NCBI RefSeq assembly: GCF_009914755.1
Contig: NC_060928.1
Length of the DNA: 64,000 nucleotides
Origin: the human T2T-CHM13v2.0 reference genome, Homo sapiens
Reading direction: 5' to 3' (one strand)
Within the stretch, counting starts at the first letter, position 1; each line of letters starts with the position of its first letter. This document shows, one piece after another, positions 17,401 to 31,047 of this stretch. The position numbers and the translations under genes were made by a program. The notes under the pieces were generated by a model. It made no database searches. It worked only from the letters and a program-made list of their open reading frames with translations, and was not told the DNA's origin.

Positions 17401-20400
17401 GCACAGTCTGCATGAAAAGGTCTTTCTAAAAGCATATCAAATATTTAGTGTGTACCAAAGCCAGAGTACTTCTTAGTCTCAGGAAATGCAAAAATTTAGT
17501 GTCAGGTAGGTAGGAGGAGCTACTTACCTACTTTGTATAGATCAATTGCATTTTAAATAAAGGTAGCTTTTACCATGCTCAGATAAACTTACAGATATCT
17601 TTAGTTATTGAAGCTGTCCTCATGTATAGGCATTTAAAGAACTTTAAGAGTGGATGTTTTCTCATCCATCTCCATAGCTGCCAAAGAAAGGCCTTTTCCT
17701 TAGAGAATTATGATTATGTATGAGGTGTTGTCTGATCAATATATTTCTACTTAAGAATGCCAGATACTTAAAGTGATGATCTTTCAGACTACTCAATATT
17801 AGAATCCATTCAAGAACTCCTAGCATTTTAATAAGGAAAAGCATCTATAAAAACAACTTAATTTGAAGTATGGATTAAAAATAAAATAAAATTAAACTAA
17901 AAAGGTGCTGAATTAGTCAACAAATAGATATATGGAAGTCACACTGCTTTCCTGAGAAGTAAAAGCTAATTACATTTCTAAACCCTGATACTCACCTAGT
18001 GTTAGCAGCCTATTGCTAGCTACATAACCACACACAGATGAATACAAAACGACAGAACAGGAACACATTTTAAAAACAGTGTCTGAAAAATGAAATAGAG
18101 AAATGCAGCATGAATGTTTTTATAGCTACTGGTAGTTTTCCTTCCATATTTTTTTGTTCTACAAAATAAATTCTTTTGAGAAAACACTTGTAGAAGAAGC
18201 CATGCATTTTGAAATGCAAGTGAAGTGATATGTCCTTTACACAAAGGTGTTTCTATAATGTGCACATGCATGCAATCTGTTTGTCTTCTTGCTTTCCTTA
18301 GGAAACTTCTGATACTAACAATTGGAAGCATTCATGCAACTTTCTTTCATCTCTAAATTACTAAAAATAAATTGGATTAAGTTGTGAACAAACAATATTT
18401 CTTGAGCTTCTCTTCAGAAAGGAATATTGCTCTAGAGTAGTGAGAAAATACAAGAGGAATACTGGTATGTTTTTGTCCTCCAGGGATCTGGTTTTAATCT
18501 GGAGACCTTGATAATAAAGCACCAGGAAAAACACTCCAGGGAAAAGAAACTTATGAACTGAGAGATGTTTTCTACTTTAAAGGAACAATCTTTGGCCTCA
18601 TGTCTTTTCCTTGTTGGGCAAGAAAACGTCAAAGAACATTACAAAAGCTTTTTTTGAAACCTGATATTAAACATAATGTCAATAAAATTTTACCTATTCT
18701 TTCTAACATTTGTCAAATAAATACATGTGTCTAATTATAAAATAAGTTTAATAAAATAGAGGAAAATATTATGCACATATGAGTCACAGTTTGAAATGGA
18801 TTATTAATGAAATACATTTCAAGCCATCTGTTTTTCAATTTGATTAAACTAGAATGTAATCAGTATGAATGGATCAGCTGTAGGACACACAAAAACTGTT
18901 AGGTATAAATGAGTTATGCATAATAATTGTCGATATATTTAAAACGAAATTTTCATACACCAAATCACAAGAAATATATGATTAAGTATCTTCTCCCTTA
19001 GTCTTTCAATGCAAATTACCATTAGTAATATTCCCTAACTTTACATTTGCAGAAAACTGTTTGCTTTTCTTTCATGATCAATTATTTGTTAATAAATTTT
19101 CCATTCTTACTTTGGTAAAAGACAAAAACAAAATAGTAAGTTAGAGTGTTATCTTGTAAACCTCCTGGGAAAGAAAATAAATGCACATTGAATTCAAGTG
19201 AACACTATAAAACAATTCTAATACATGTTACAGGAATTTCATCATAATTAATGCCCTATATAATTTACAGAAGTAAATTATTGTTCATGCACAAAATATA
19301 ATAGTGTGTACAAAGTTGATTTTTTGGTGAATAGTTGATGCTAAACTTGTATGGTTCTATGCAAAAATCCAAGTTTTGTCTATTTTTTGAAATTTTAACA
19401 TTGGTATTTGGAAAATGTGTGGCAAATTATAGGTGCTAAATTGATATTTATTAAAGGAAAAAATAAGGGACTGTGAATCCTCTGAACTGAGAAGATTCTC
19501 TAGTCCATCAAAGCACTCACAGTTATGCAGGCATCTGGAAACAAATTTCCTAGTTGCCATGGTTGCTTATTGCTTAAGCTGCAATATTGTTAACACTTTC
19601 AGCATCAGTAGTAATCGTGTTTGTTTTACAGTCATTATTGATCTCCCTGTCGGAAGTCTCCCCTGACACCTCAGAGGAAGAGTGGGCACTGTGAGGGCTG
19701 CCTAGAATGCCGTGAGATAAAGGATGTTCTGTTCAACATCATGCTTCAGGAAATATTTCTGCCTTATCGTTCCTGAAATGCCTCCCCATCTACTCTGGCT
19801 CTTGTTTAGCATGTTTTCATTTCTAGAACAGTGTCAAGGTTCCCTGTGGCTATTTGAACCCTCTACAGGTCCTGGAATCCTGACTTTGAAATTGTCTCTC
19901 TTGTCACCTGCTTGGTGACATGTATTAAACCCCTTCTGATCATTTCTCCTTTCTTCTTTACTAACCTTAATAAATAGCTGTGTTGTTGATTGACTTTGCA
20001 TGAACCTATCTTGCTGTGTTTTTTGGTTTGGATTGCTTCATTATATATCTTTACATTCCACATTTGCCTTGGGCGAGTCCTTAGCTGTATTTAAACTACA
20101 GAAAGATAAGTATGAGGGGAAAGGAACAAACAAAAATCTCTATTTAATTTAGATGTATGAACCTAGGTATCCTTCATGAAGCAGAACATTCCCTAAGAAG
20201 TAACAGGCCACAAAAATTCAGATTTAAGTAGTTATCTGTAATTAATACAAATGGTTGGTAGATATTAACCCAGTTTCTTAGGATAACATTGGGACTAGGA
20301 AAATGCAAAACTTCTCATTTATTTATTTCTCTCTTGTCATTACTATCACCTATGCAACAGCAAAGTGGTTCTCTGTAAATACGGCATAGAAGTATAGGTA

Positions 20401-21009
20401 TAGATATGTTCCCCCTAACCACCTGCGATACAAGTTTTAAAAATATTTTTACTTACATACCGTCTTGTTTTGGAGATTTTATATATCACCTACTTTTGCT
20501 GAGCATCTCTTTCCTCAGAAATGAAATTGGTTGTAGAAAGAAAATCTCCAGCACCAAAACCTGCAGGATGAATGTTAGGGGCTTGTAAGGGAATCCCAGA
20601 GACAGCAACACAACAGAGACAGCTAGGCTGTTCATAGCATGGAGGAGAATATTATGCAAGAAAACATGAGCAATGGTGGTTGTGCCAGCTATTGAATTAT
20701 AAGAGTCAGAACCTGAACGAAAACATATCTTAGATATAGCTTAATCAATTATAGGTTAATAAATTATATCATTTAGAGCTTTTTAAATGCATACTCAATA
20801 ATTATATATGATAAATATCTAAGTCTAAATAAATCTCAAAGAGCTCATAAAATAAACATAAGTGAAAAGATTGCATTTTATCACTATTTAACTAGAATGT
20901 GTTTTAATATTAAAATAATGTTTTCTTTTAAAATTGATAGAACTTAGGTTAGATGAAGTAAGGTAACTATCTAGTACCTATTTGATTAATCTACTTTTGG
21001 GTTATCTTT

Positions 21010-21200
21010 TGTACTTTAAGTTCCAAGGGAAAGACTCTGAGATGAAAATTTGTGTGTAGGTAGTTTATTAGAGTGCCCCCAGGATCAACTGAAGGTGGCT
21101 GAAAATAGTAGGATTGTGCAAGGGAGTTAAACTGAGGTGGAGTAACAACAAAGGTACCAATGAATCAAATGGGGAAGCTCTAGAGAACATTGGTAGAGCA
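21010..21200 (-). mobile_element. LTR16-like ERVL LTR (3' LTR of provirus, partial)
   Basis: 'agactctgagatgaaaatttgtgtgtaggtagtttattagagtgcccc...gtaggattg'; similar to 24010-24400. Confidence 0.6.
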
Positions 21201-21487
21201 CATAAGAGTGGTATAGGGATCTAAAAGTAACTGGGCTATAGTCAATTAGGACTCTGGGTCAGTTTTCTTGTAAAAGCATTTTCCTGCTACAACAGACTTC
21301 TATATCTGAAGATTTTGACCTCTAAATCCGAGTATCCCAGAGTTGTAGAAATAAGATGCAACATTCTACAAGTGGACCACTAAGATTGATGAAGCGCGTC
21401 ATCATCCTCACTGCTATTTTCATGCCTTCGTTCTTAGAACTAAGTAGTCTGTCTACTGGAATACAGCACCATATAATTATCATTGAG

Positions 21488-21615
21488 ATATATCTATCTA
21501 TATCTATAGATATACATATATAGATGTACATTTATTTAGGCTTATATATAGATAATATAATTTGTATCTATAATTTATAAATACATTTATACATATATAT
21601 TTATAAATGTATACA
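21488..21615. repeat. (TA)-rich low-complexity tract
   Basis: Degenerate TATC/TATA repeats. Confidence 0.8.
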
Positions 21616-22555
21616 TCTCTCCCTTCCCCTGAAGGATGATGTCTCATCTTGCCGAGTATCAGTTTTAACCTGAATACTCAATTGTACTTTAAAGAGGTCA
21701 TCCCATATCCTATTACACTTTAAGGCCTGCAGCAGCTTCTGAATGATAACTCATACTGTAGGATCACTGGATCCCATGCCATACTTTGTCTTTAATTGGG
21801 TTTCTCAGTTGAATGAGATGTTATATAAGATCCCATGCTGAGGCATCAAACACTGACATGGATAGTGTTGCTGGCTGAGTTCAAAAGGTAAATATAAATC
21901 CACAATCAATATACCTGTAAATCTTACTTACCATTAACTGATGTTTTTTCCAGTTGCAAGGGGTCCCATTTAAACGGATTATTGATCTGCTTGAGGGATA
22001 ATGTCATATAATGGTCTCAGCGTTGGTCTGTGTTGTAATGGAAGGAGAAGTATTATACATTTGCTGTACTGTCACAGGATCCCTCCTCCAGAAGATATAG
22101 CTGCTTCTTTCTTTAGTGGGTTCCAGGTCTAAAAACTGGCTCCAGTTCAGGAATGAGGCAAAGCATTGTGCCTTTTTATTAGAGAGTTGTGTCAGTTTTC
22201 TTATCATCCAATCTTTATTTTGATTTGAAGAATCAACCAATGCCCTTATGGTCTGCCCATCTCTCTTGCTCCTATGGATGTAAAGTTTCTTTTACATCCT
22301 AACACCTATCGGCAGATTAAATCCTTCTAGCTGCCAGTCCAATCTTGCTGCCCATTATGATAAGCATGCTCACCTTATTCCTGACACTGTTGATCTGCCA
22401 TTTGGTTTCTATTACGCTGAGGTTTATCATCACTATTGCCCTCAGCAATCTCTGTTCTCTTACAGCTTTCCCTACCATTAGACTGACCTACGAAAGCATA
22501 ATCATCCTTGAGCTTCACAAAGATATCTAAGATTTAACTCTCATGAGCATATGTT

Positions 22556-22858
22556 CTTTTATTTATTTATTTATTTTTGAGACATCATCTCTCTCTGTCA
22601 CCCAGGCTGGAGTGCAGGAGTGATCATGGTTTACTGCAGCCTCTACCTCCCAGGCTCAAGGGATACTTCTACCTCAGTCTCCCAGGTAGCTGTGATTACA
22701 TGTGCACGCCACTGTGTTTGGCAAATTTTTGTCTTTTTGGTAGGTACAGGGTTTCATTATGTTGACCAGACAGTTCTTGAGCTACTGGGCTCAGGGGTTC
22801 CGCCAGCTTCTGCCTCCCCAAATACTGGGATTACAGGTGTGAGGTACCGGGCCTGGCC
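22556..22858 (-). mobile_element. AluJ inside the ERVL internal region
   Basis: Antisense Alu with (TTTA)n tail and J-type 'ctactgggctcagg'. Confidence 0.9.
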
Positions 22859-24009
22859 TGGTCTATCACTTTATAAAATGGGATGTCTTCTGGGCTCCTC
22901 TGTGAAGCATAATCAGTTGGTGGGTTTTCAGGTCTCACAAAGTACAGCTACTCTAGCATGCCTAATTTTTTAAGCCTTCTGGCCCCTTTTTTCACTGTCT
23001 GTCAACGTGGAATATCCACTGCACTTAATATGGTGAATTACTTCCTACCAATTTCCAAGAGGCATTTAGCAGTATTAACAGGGATTCATTTCCAAGGTCC
23101 TTCTTCCCATATGCTAGGAGCCAGTATGCTTTTTTTTTTTTCCCCCATCATTACTTTCCAACAGCTTTCCTATAGCTCTCTTGGGGTCTAGTATTATACA
23201 TGCTTTATGAGCTGTTTCCAAAATGAGTGGACTAGGTCCTGGAGGTCCTTTGGAATATAGGTCCTTTACTTTCTTAGAAGGCCTACCCCTTTTTTAGCTG
23301 AATCATGTAATATGACCATAGTTAAAATCTAGTGCTCAAGAGAGAAAATGAGGGTAGATCCTGATGTGTTTGCATAATGTCTAAGCAAGAGAGAAACGCT
23401 AGCCATGTAAAGAAAAGGAGGAATCATTTGTGCATACTCAATGGGTTCTGGGGAATATGAAATTTTGAGATTTCCAAGAAGGTTAAGTCAGATATCCACA
23501 TCTTAAGTCTCAGTGTCCCACTCCTTCTCAACCAGCGCCCTAACCTTGGCAGCCCAGAGGGGCCACAGTTGATAATTCAACTTTCTCTGTACTCTGAAAC
23601 ACGTATAATCTTCCTCTTGACTGCAGGAGGTGAGTTTCTCTTTGTATGCTGCCAAGGAGTCACTTTGACTTTTAGTCAGTATTGCTAAAGCAGTCGTAAG
23701 TGGAGAATAATTACCCCCAGAGTTTCATTTTCATCCTCCAAAGTATCAATGACACTCAACCTAGCTGTCTGATTCCATTTTTCATATAATTAGTACTTCT
23801 TAGATCTCTTAGCCTAAGATACTGCAACCAGCATTACAATACATTTTAGTGGTGTCAATTTTCTACCAGTAAATGTTTTAACAATTGCACTGCAATAGCA
23901 TACCAGGGATTATTAGAATTCCACCTACTACAAGTGATGAGGTCTTTATTACCATGTAGTCTCTAAAATATTCTTAGAGACCGTTCATTAGATAATTCTT
24001 GGCACCAAA

Positions 24010-24400
24010 TATATTAGTTCAGTGTCTTCAGAAAATAAACTTTGAGAAGCAGATACGCATGAATAAATATTATTGAGAGAAGTAGTATTGGAGAGTGCCC
24101 TTAGGCTCAACATTTGGTAGATGAGTGAAGTAGGATTGGGCAAAGGAAGAATTGAACTCTGACACAGTATGAAAAAAAGGCCTTGACCAATCCCATGGAG
24201 AGTTGGGATGTTTCTTTAAATTGACCACTTTGAGTCAAGGTTGTCACTCTCCTCCCATCCCCATCCTAGCTGCTGCCTTGCACCAGTCTTTGGATGTAGG
24301 CTCTCCTAGAGGACGTGGTATGACTTGAATAATCAGTTTCTCTTAAACTAAGAGCCTTTTTCTCTCAATGTACTTAGCTGAGAGCCACTGGGAAGGTGGG
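24010..24400 (-). mobile_element. LTR16-like ERVL LTR (5' LTR of provirus)
   Basis: 'tattagttcagtgtcttcagaaaataaactttgaga...gaagtaggattgggcaaagg...ccaatcccatggagag'. Confidence 0.65.
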
Positions 24401-24957
24401 TAATGCACTACTCTACGCTCTAGACTCCTCAAGCGTTTTGATTTTCATATTCTTTCTCCTTGGTGTTTGCCTAGCTTGCTATTTCAATGCTATCCTTAGT
24501 ATTGTGTCTTTTACTCAAGTAACTTTCCGTATTGCCCAAAGCAATAATCACCCAGCTGAGATAACTCACACACCAAACCCCTCTTCTCTTGCTTCTGGAT
24601 GGTAGAGTATTGTTGGAGGAGATGTAACACTAGGTAGACCTGTCCCAGTACAAATTTATGCTGTGCGACTGCAGTTACATTTTCACAATTATAAGCACAA
24701 ACATATGAAATCACCTCAGGCAATGCTTTGACAGCTCCCTAGGGTATTGCTCAATTCTGAAGAACACTATAAATAGCTTTAAAAAATGTGCTTGTCTACC
24801 CAGCACCAGCATACACAGACAGAACTGAGCCAGGCCTCATGCAAAGTAAATTATTTCCCCAAGAACTTGACAATGTTATAAAATGATAACGAAAGTTCTG
24901 CATAACTAACAACTTAAAATTCATACCTATTGTAATGTTTCCCAGTGTAAAACATAA

Positions 24958-25257
<300 letters not shown>

Positions 25258-27582
25258 TAGAATAGTCCCAAGCATTATTTTAGGAATTGAAGATATAGCA
25301 GTATAAAGTAATAGCAATAAGCATACTCTATTTTTGTTGCAATTGCAATGTTTTTCACTTATTCAGTTTCTCCCTTATTCCCCATTTCCTTGTCTCTGCA
25401 CTGGCTATCCCTTCCTCTGTCACTGCTGTGTTGTCTATCATATGGAAATCTAGTTAAGCTCAAGTGTAACCTGTTTTCTTACCCATCTATCTCCTCTCCT
25501 AGCAATTTTCTCTCATCCACCATTTTCATGTTTCTTCCATCTCTTTTTCTCTTTCTCATCATTTTCTTGTTTATACTGATTTTCAAGTTCCTCAGTGACC
25601 AGAAGAATTTTTTTCTTTGCATCTCAAGCAGTGTATTTTGACATGTATTTGTTAAATATATGAAAGAATTCATATACATTGGTAACCTATAGGGAGGAAA
25701 ATATGAACAGATGTGCTAATACTTGCAGTTATGTATCAGTTTTTGTTTAGTAATTTCTCGAGAGGAAATACAATTGATCCATCTATAATGAAACTAGAAA
25801 ATACATTTATCTCACTTGCCACTTTCAGTAAATTGGTAATGATTTTGTGGAGTACCAGCTGGAGGAGAAATCATGACTGTTGTGCTCACGCTCAGAAGGA
25901 AAAATTATCACAACCCATTACCTAAACCTACTCTGAATTTTTGTGAAGAGATGTTAGCATAGATGCTACTCCTTTGCAACTCCTTCCTCCTCTCCTTTTT
26001 CATCTTCTTCTTTTTCTTTCTCTTTCTATTTTTCTTCTTCTCCCTCTCCCTCTCTCTTTTCCTCTTTCTTATTGATTTACTTTCTAGAATATTCTTTAAA
26101 TCACAGTAGTAAAGAGAAAAAGAACACAAAGTTATATAATGTAGTTTTCCTTCTTTGAAAGAAGGAAAATAATTCAACTGAACAAAAATTTTTTCACGTA
26201 AATCATTTTAAGAAAAATGTATATTGCACATCTTTAATGAACATGGAGTAATGAAGTCACAATTAACTGTCATGTCAACTGGCATGTATCACTTGACTCT
26301 CCTTGACCTTTCCTTCTCTGAAACATTTTGTCTTCACTTTCTTTCAGCAACTCACACACACAACTGTAACCTAAACCTTACCATAACTCAGAGCTACTTT
26401 TATTCAGCAATTTGAACTCTGAAAAATCCTCTCAGGGTGCAACTTCCTATCCTTCTTCCTCTCCCCCTTATATTTTTTTCTATGAGTGGGAGAGGTGGAA
26501 GGATGAAAACTAATTCTTTTATGGATTCACCTTTTCAAAAGTTTTCAACCCTTTTCTGACCTGACTTTCCTTTATATTCCACCTGGAAATTATAAGTTTA
26601 TAGATACTCTGAACTCTGTCCTCCATTAAATAGAGAAAGTCACATATCTTTGCAAATTCTCTCTATTAGAAATGTATGAATGCTTATGAAGTATGTTTCA
26701 GTTAATTGAAAGCAATTCCATGTACATCCTTTCTTTCCCATTTTACATATAACACAATACATAAACAATTTATGACAAAAACAATGATATAACAATGTTT
26801 ACAAAATAAATAAAAATAATTATGAAAAGTTTTAATCAAATATTATACAACTAATTAACATTAATAACACTATATTTCTAGTTTCATATTTTTGACATTT
26901 TTAATCATGGAATATTTTTCATACTCAATAATGTCCCAGATTTAATATTTTAAAAATTTTAATGTTTGATCATTACTATCCTTCACTTTGCTTTCAAGAA
27001 AGTAAAAGATGTAGCCCAGGTTGGTGCAGCTGATAACTTTCTTCTTCACCTAAAGATGATAGTTTAGAAGCAGATACGATATTGATTCTAGAAATTCAGA
27101 GGTGCTAGAAATTTATTTGTTTCTAAAATTGAACTTATATTTAGTCATGTTTTTATTTTGCTGGCCATGAAAACTTGAGTTCAGGTAAAAAATTATTTAA
27201 ACTCTATCCTTATCTTTTATGCCATACCTAACATGAGGGCCTTACATAATACACCAGTCAGTGGAAGAAGGGGTCAAGAAATCCTGGCATTTAGATCTTT
27301 TATGCTGCCAACTATCAATTGCTGAACATCATTTCATCTGGTTTTCAAGTGTTGTTTACACCATATGGTGTTGTATTCTCCCATGTTTGAAAACAAAAGA
27401 TCTTTACAGACTTGCCTTTCTCTCAGTGTTTTCCTACCTTTTTAGACACATTTAAAAATGCATTGTTCTCAATCCACTCGGGGGCTGAAAAAGTGAGTAG
27501 AATTCTTTAAAGCTCTTCATTAATTTAACGGTAATTCTATTGGTGATGAAATAATTTTCTCTATTATTTGCATCACACTGAG

Positions 27583-27791
27583 GTGATGAAAGACTTTTCA
27601 GTCTCAGCACTATTGACATTTTGGACCACATAATTCTTTGTTGTCTTCTGCTCTGTAGGAAGCTTAACCTTAACCCTGAAATGTATGCAATAAATACCTC
27701 ATTCCCACAGGTCTTTAAAAATCAAAAAGTCTCCAAACATCTTCAATTACCTTGGAGGTAGTGCAAAATCGCCCCCTCTTGAGAACCACTG
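27583..27791. mobile_element. MER20 (hAT-Charlie DNA transposon derivative)
   Basis: 'ctcagcactattgacattttggacc...ataattctttgttg' and terminal 'gcaaaatcgccccctcttgagaaccactg'. Confidence 0.85.
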
Positions 27792-28029
27792 CACTCTTAA
27801 GAATTCATGTGGCTCGCTAACCTTCATCTATCTTCTACTGCTTCCCATTAGTTGGGTAAAGAAAATCTCTGGAACCTTACCAACAAGTAAGAATCTCTCA
27901 GTGGTATGGGGAGTACAAATATTCTTTTATTATTGATGCTCAAATCAATGCTTTATTCTACTCTGGACTTGGCTTTGTAGGGCCTGAGACTCACAGAAAG
28001 AAGACTCTTATCCCTGGTACATGCACCAG

Positions 28030-28110
28030 CCTCTCCCCTCCCCTCCCATTCTCTCCCCTCCCCTCCTCTCCTCTCTTTCTTTCTCTTCTTTTCACTTCTC
28101 TTTTTTTCAT
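28030..28110. repeat. CT-rich low-complexity tract
   Basis: (CCCCT/CCTCT)n-like pyrimidine run. Confidence 0.75.
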
Positions 28111-28654
28111 ATAGCAGATATTATCCGCAATGTTGCACCTTGAGGTTTGAATTTCAAAGATCGATAATTTGTCTCTGCTGTTCCCCCAAGGTAAATTAAT
28201 TTGGTCCTTCAAATTGCCCAATTATGAAAAGAATTAAGGAAATGTTAAAGGCCAGACCAGAAAGTATCCATTAATGTCTAAAAATATAATGCCACTACTA
28301 CCTTCTGCGGCTTACTAACCAGCTGGTATGACATACATTTTCAGTTCTCATTTTATTTAAAAGTTAAGAAACATCTAAGTGCACAGAGATCAACTTCAGC
28401 ACATGTGTATTGTATGATATTACATGGCAATTGAAAGGAAGTTATTGGTCTGAAGATCACCTTTCTTTATGCTGGGAGTAGTCAGTTGACTTCACATAGA
28501 TACTTGTCAGTGTTCTTTAATTATGTTGCAAGCAATATATCTAAAATAACCATTTAAAAATGTGAATCCAAAATTAATGTGTGTGTGTACACACCTACAT
28601 ATAATGGTGTCAGTTCCTTGATTCCTCTATTTAAAGAAAGACATACATATACAA

Positions 28655-29085
28655 AATTTGGTTATCTATTGTTAAATAAATAATAGACAACTTCAAAGCT
28701 TAATAACCTAAAATAAGAACCACTTTTTCATCACTCATGATTTTGTAGGCTATTTGGGTTTGGCCCAGTGATTCTTGTGCTGTAAGTGATGTCAGCTGAG
28801 ATGTACTTATCAATTAGGGAGCTCAACTAGGGCAGGTCCTCCAAAATACCTCGCTCATATGGCAGTTGGCTTGCAGCTCAGTTAGGACTGTTAAATATAG
28901 TATTTTGGTTATATTCTATGTGGTCTTTCCATTTGGCATTGGGTTTCTTTGAGCATAGAGGCTAGACTTGAAGAGACAGAAAATACAAGTTGCCAGTTCT
29001 CTTAAGGCCTGGGCTTGGGGGTGCCAGAACATCATTTTAACTGCACTCCATTCTAGAAAAGCTAACACAACTCGTAAGGCCATTT
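28655..29085 (-). mobile_element. MLT1 (G/H-like) MaLR LTR
   Basis: 'ttatctattg...ctcatgattttgtagg...gttgccagttctcttaaggcctgggcttgg...catcattttaactgcactccatt'. Confidence 0.7.
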
Positions 29086-30012
29086 GTAATGTTTTCAAGA
29101 AATTATTGATAATACGTCTTGGGTGTTTGCATTAGTATATGATATTATGCATTTAAAATTGAAAATGGAATGTATAATGATGGTGTTATATTACCTTAAT
29201 TTAATATTTAATGTTTCAGTATGCATTCAGTATGTGTTCAATATAAACGCATGCTTGCTGGCCTTAATCTGTGCTACTCAGGGAGGTTACTTAGTATACA
29301 CAGCAATGCACACTCCAAAAAAGTGGTTAGTTATCTGAGCAATTCTGTTTCATAATGCATGTTCTTAGTTTTACTTACCCATTTCTGGAAGGTTGGTGGC
29401 AGTGAGGGAGAGAAAGTGATGGGAGAGGAGCAGAGGCTGCAGCTGGAGAAACAACCACCTGTATCCTTTCTGTTTTGCTTGACATTAACACTCTCAGATG
29501 CTATGAAATGGAGCAAGAGAAGCATCCAGAATGAAGTAGCCACATGAGGTGGAGAACATACTTAGAAAAGTAGAATCACCAAAGGATAGCCCAAAAGATG
29601 ACAAGTGAGGGAAGCTGAAGTTTTGGCTGAATATTATCCAAAGTCCAAGTGCCTAAGATTGAAGATTTAATAAAGATAATGGCTGAAGTACTTCCCACAA
29701 GCTTGGGAGGGTGATTTGTGGAAGAAAAAACATTGTCCCTTTTCCCACTACTTTTTATTATTATAAAATAAACTATTTTACTCCTTTTAGTGAAGTAAAA
29801 AGCAAAACAATAAGAACCAAAAGCAAGAAATGTATTCCGGCAATTCACTGACGGCAAAAATGTCTGTCAGTGAAGCTGAAGACAATGACCTTGCCTTAGA
29901 CCATTCTTCTTCAGCACACTGGGGCCAGAGCAGGAGAAGAGGAACCCTGGTCAAGAAACCTGTTTAGACTCCTAGGATTGGCTGCAGAAGCACTAATAAG
30001 AAGCTTATTCCT

Positions 30013-31047
30013 GGGGAAGCAGCCAAGATGGCCGAATAGGAACAGCTCCGTTCTGCAGCTCCCAGCATGAGCGACATAGAGGACGGGTGATTTCTGCATT
30101 TCCATCTGAGGTACCGGGTTCATCTCTCTAGGGAGTGCCAGACAGTGGGCACAGGACAGTGGGTGCAGCTCACCATGCATGAGCCAAAGCAGGGCGAGGC
30201 ATTGCCTCACTCAGGAAATGCAAGGGGTCAGGGAATTCCCTTTCCTAGTCAAAGAAAGGGGTGACAGATGGCACCTGGAAAATTGGGTCACTCCCGCCCT
30301 AATACTGCGCTTTTCCGACAGGCTTAAAAAACGGCGCACCAGGAGATTATATCCTGCACCTGGCTCGGAGGGTCCTATGCCCATGGAGTCTCGCTGATTG
30401 CTAGCACAGCAGTCTGAGATCAAACTGCAAGGCAGCAGCGAGACTCGGGGAGGGGTGCCTGCCATTGCCCAGGCTTGCTTAGGTAAACAAAGCAGCTGGG
30501 AAGCTAGAACTGGGTGGAGCCCACCACAGCTCAAGGAGGCCTGCCTGCCTCTGTAGGCTCCACCTATGGGGGCAGGGCACAGACAAACAAAAAGACAGCA
30601 GTAACCTCTGCAGACTTAAATGTCCCTGTCTGACAGCTTTGAAGAGAGCAGTGGCTCTCCCAGCATGCAGCTGGAGATCTGAGAACGGACAGACTGCCTC
30701 CTCAAGTGGGTCCCTGACCTCTGACCCACGAGCAGCCTAACTGGGAGCACCCCCCAGTAGGGGAGGACTGACACCTCACACGGCCAGGTACTCCTCTGAG
30801 ACAAAACTTCCAGAGGAACGATCAGACAGCAGCATTCGCGGTTCACGAAAATCCGTTGTTCTGCAGCCAACGCTGCTGTTACCCAGGCAAACAGGGTCTG
30901 GAGTGGACCTCTAGCAAACTCCAACAGACCTGCAGCTGAGGGTCCTGTCTGTTAGAAGAAAAACTAACAAACAGAAAGGACATCCACACCAAAAACCCAT
31001 CTGTACGTCACCGTCATCAAAGACCAAAAGTAGATAAAAGCACAAAG
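30013..31047 (+). promoter_or_regulatory. L1 5' UTR: internal sense promoter with YY1 site, antisense promoter, long form retaining the ZNF93-target segment
   Basis: YY1 motif caagatggcc at 30024-30033; extra segment near 30830-30950 ('cagcattcgcggttcacgaaaatcc...cagctgagggtcctg') that L1PA2/L1HS lack. Confidence 0.8.
30211..30465 (-). CDS. L1 antisense ORF0-like open reading frame (84 aa)
   Basis: MAGTPPRVSLLPCSLISDCCASNQRDSMGIGPSEPG... matches the primate L1 ORF0 peptide as recalled; ATG at 30465; expression not shown. Confidence 0.6.
   Translation of the reverse strand: MAGTPPRVSLLPCSLISDCCASNQRDSMGIGPSEPGAGYNLLVRRFLSLSEKRSIRAGVTQFSRCHLSPLSLTRKGNSLTPCIS

Larger units (their letters stand above)
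21270..24007 (-). mobile_element. Degenerate ERVL internal region (ERV3-16A3-like) with primer-binding site
   Basis: Lies between two LTR16-like copies; 'tcttggcacca' at 23997-24007 reads TGGTGCCAAGA on the minus strand directly after the LTR; no open reading frame left. Confidence 0.55.
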
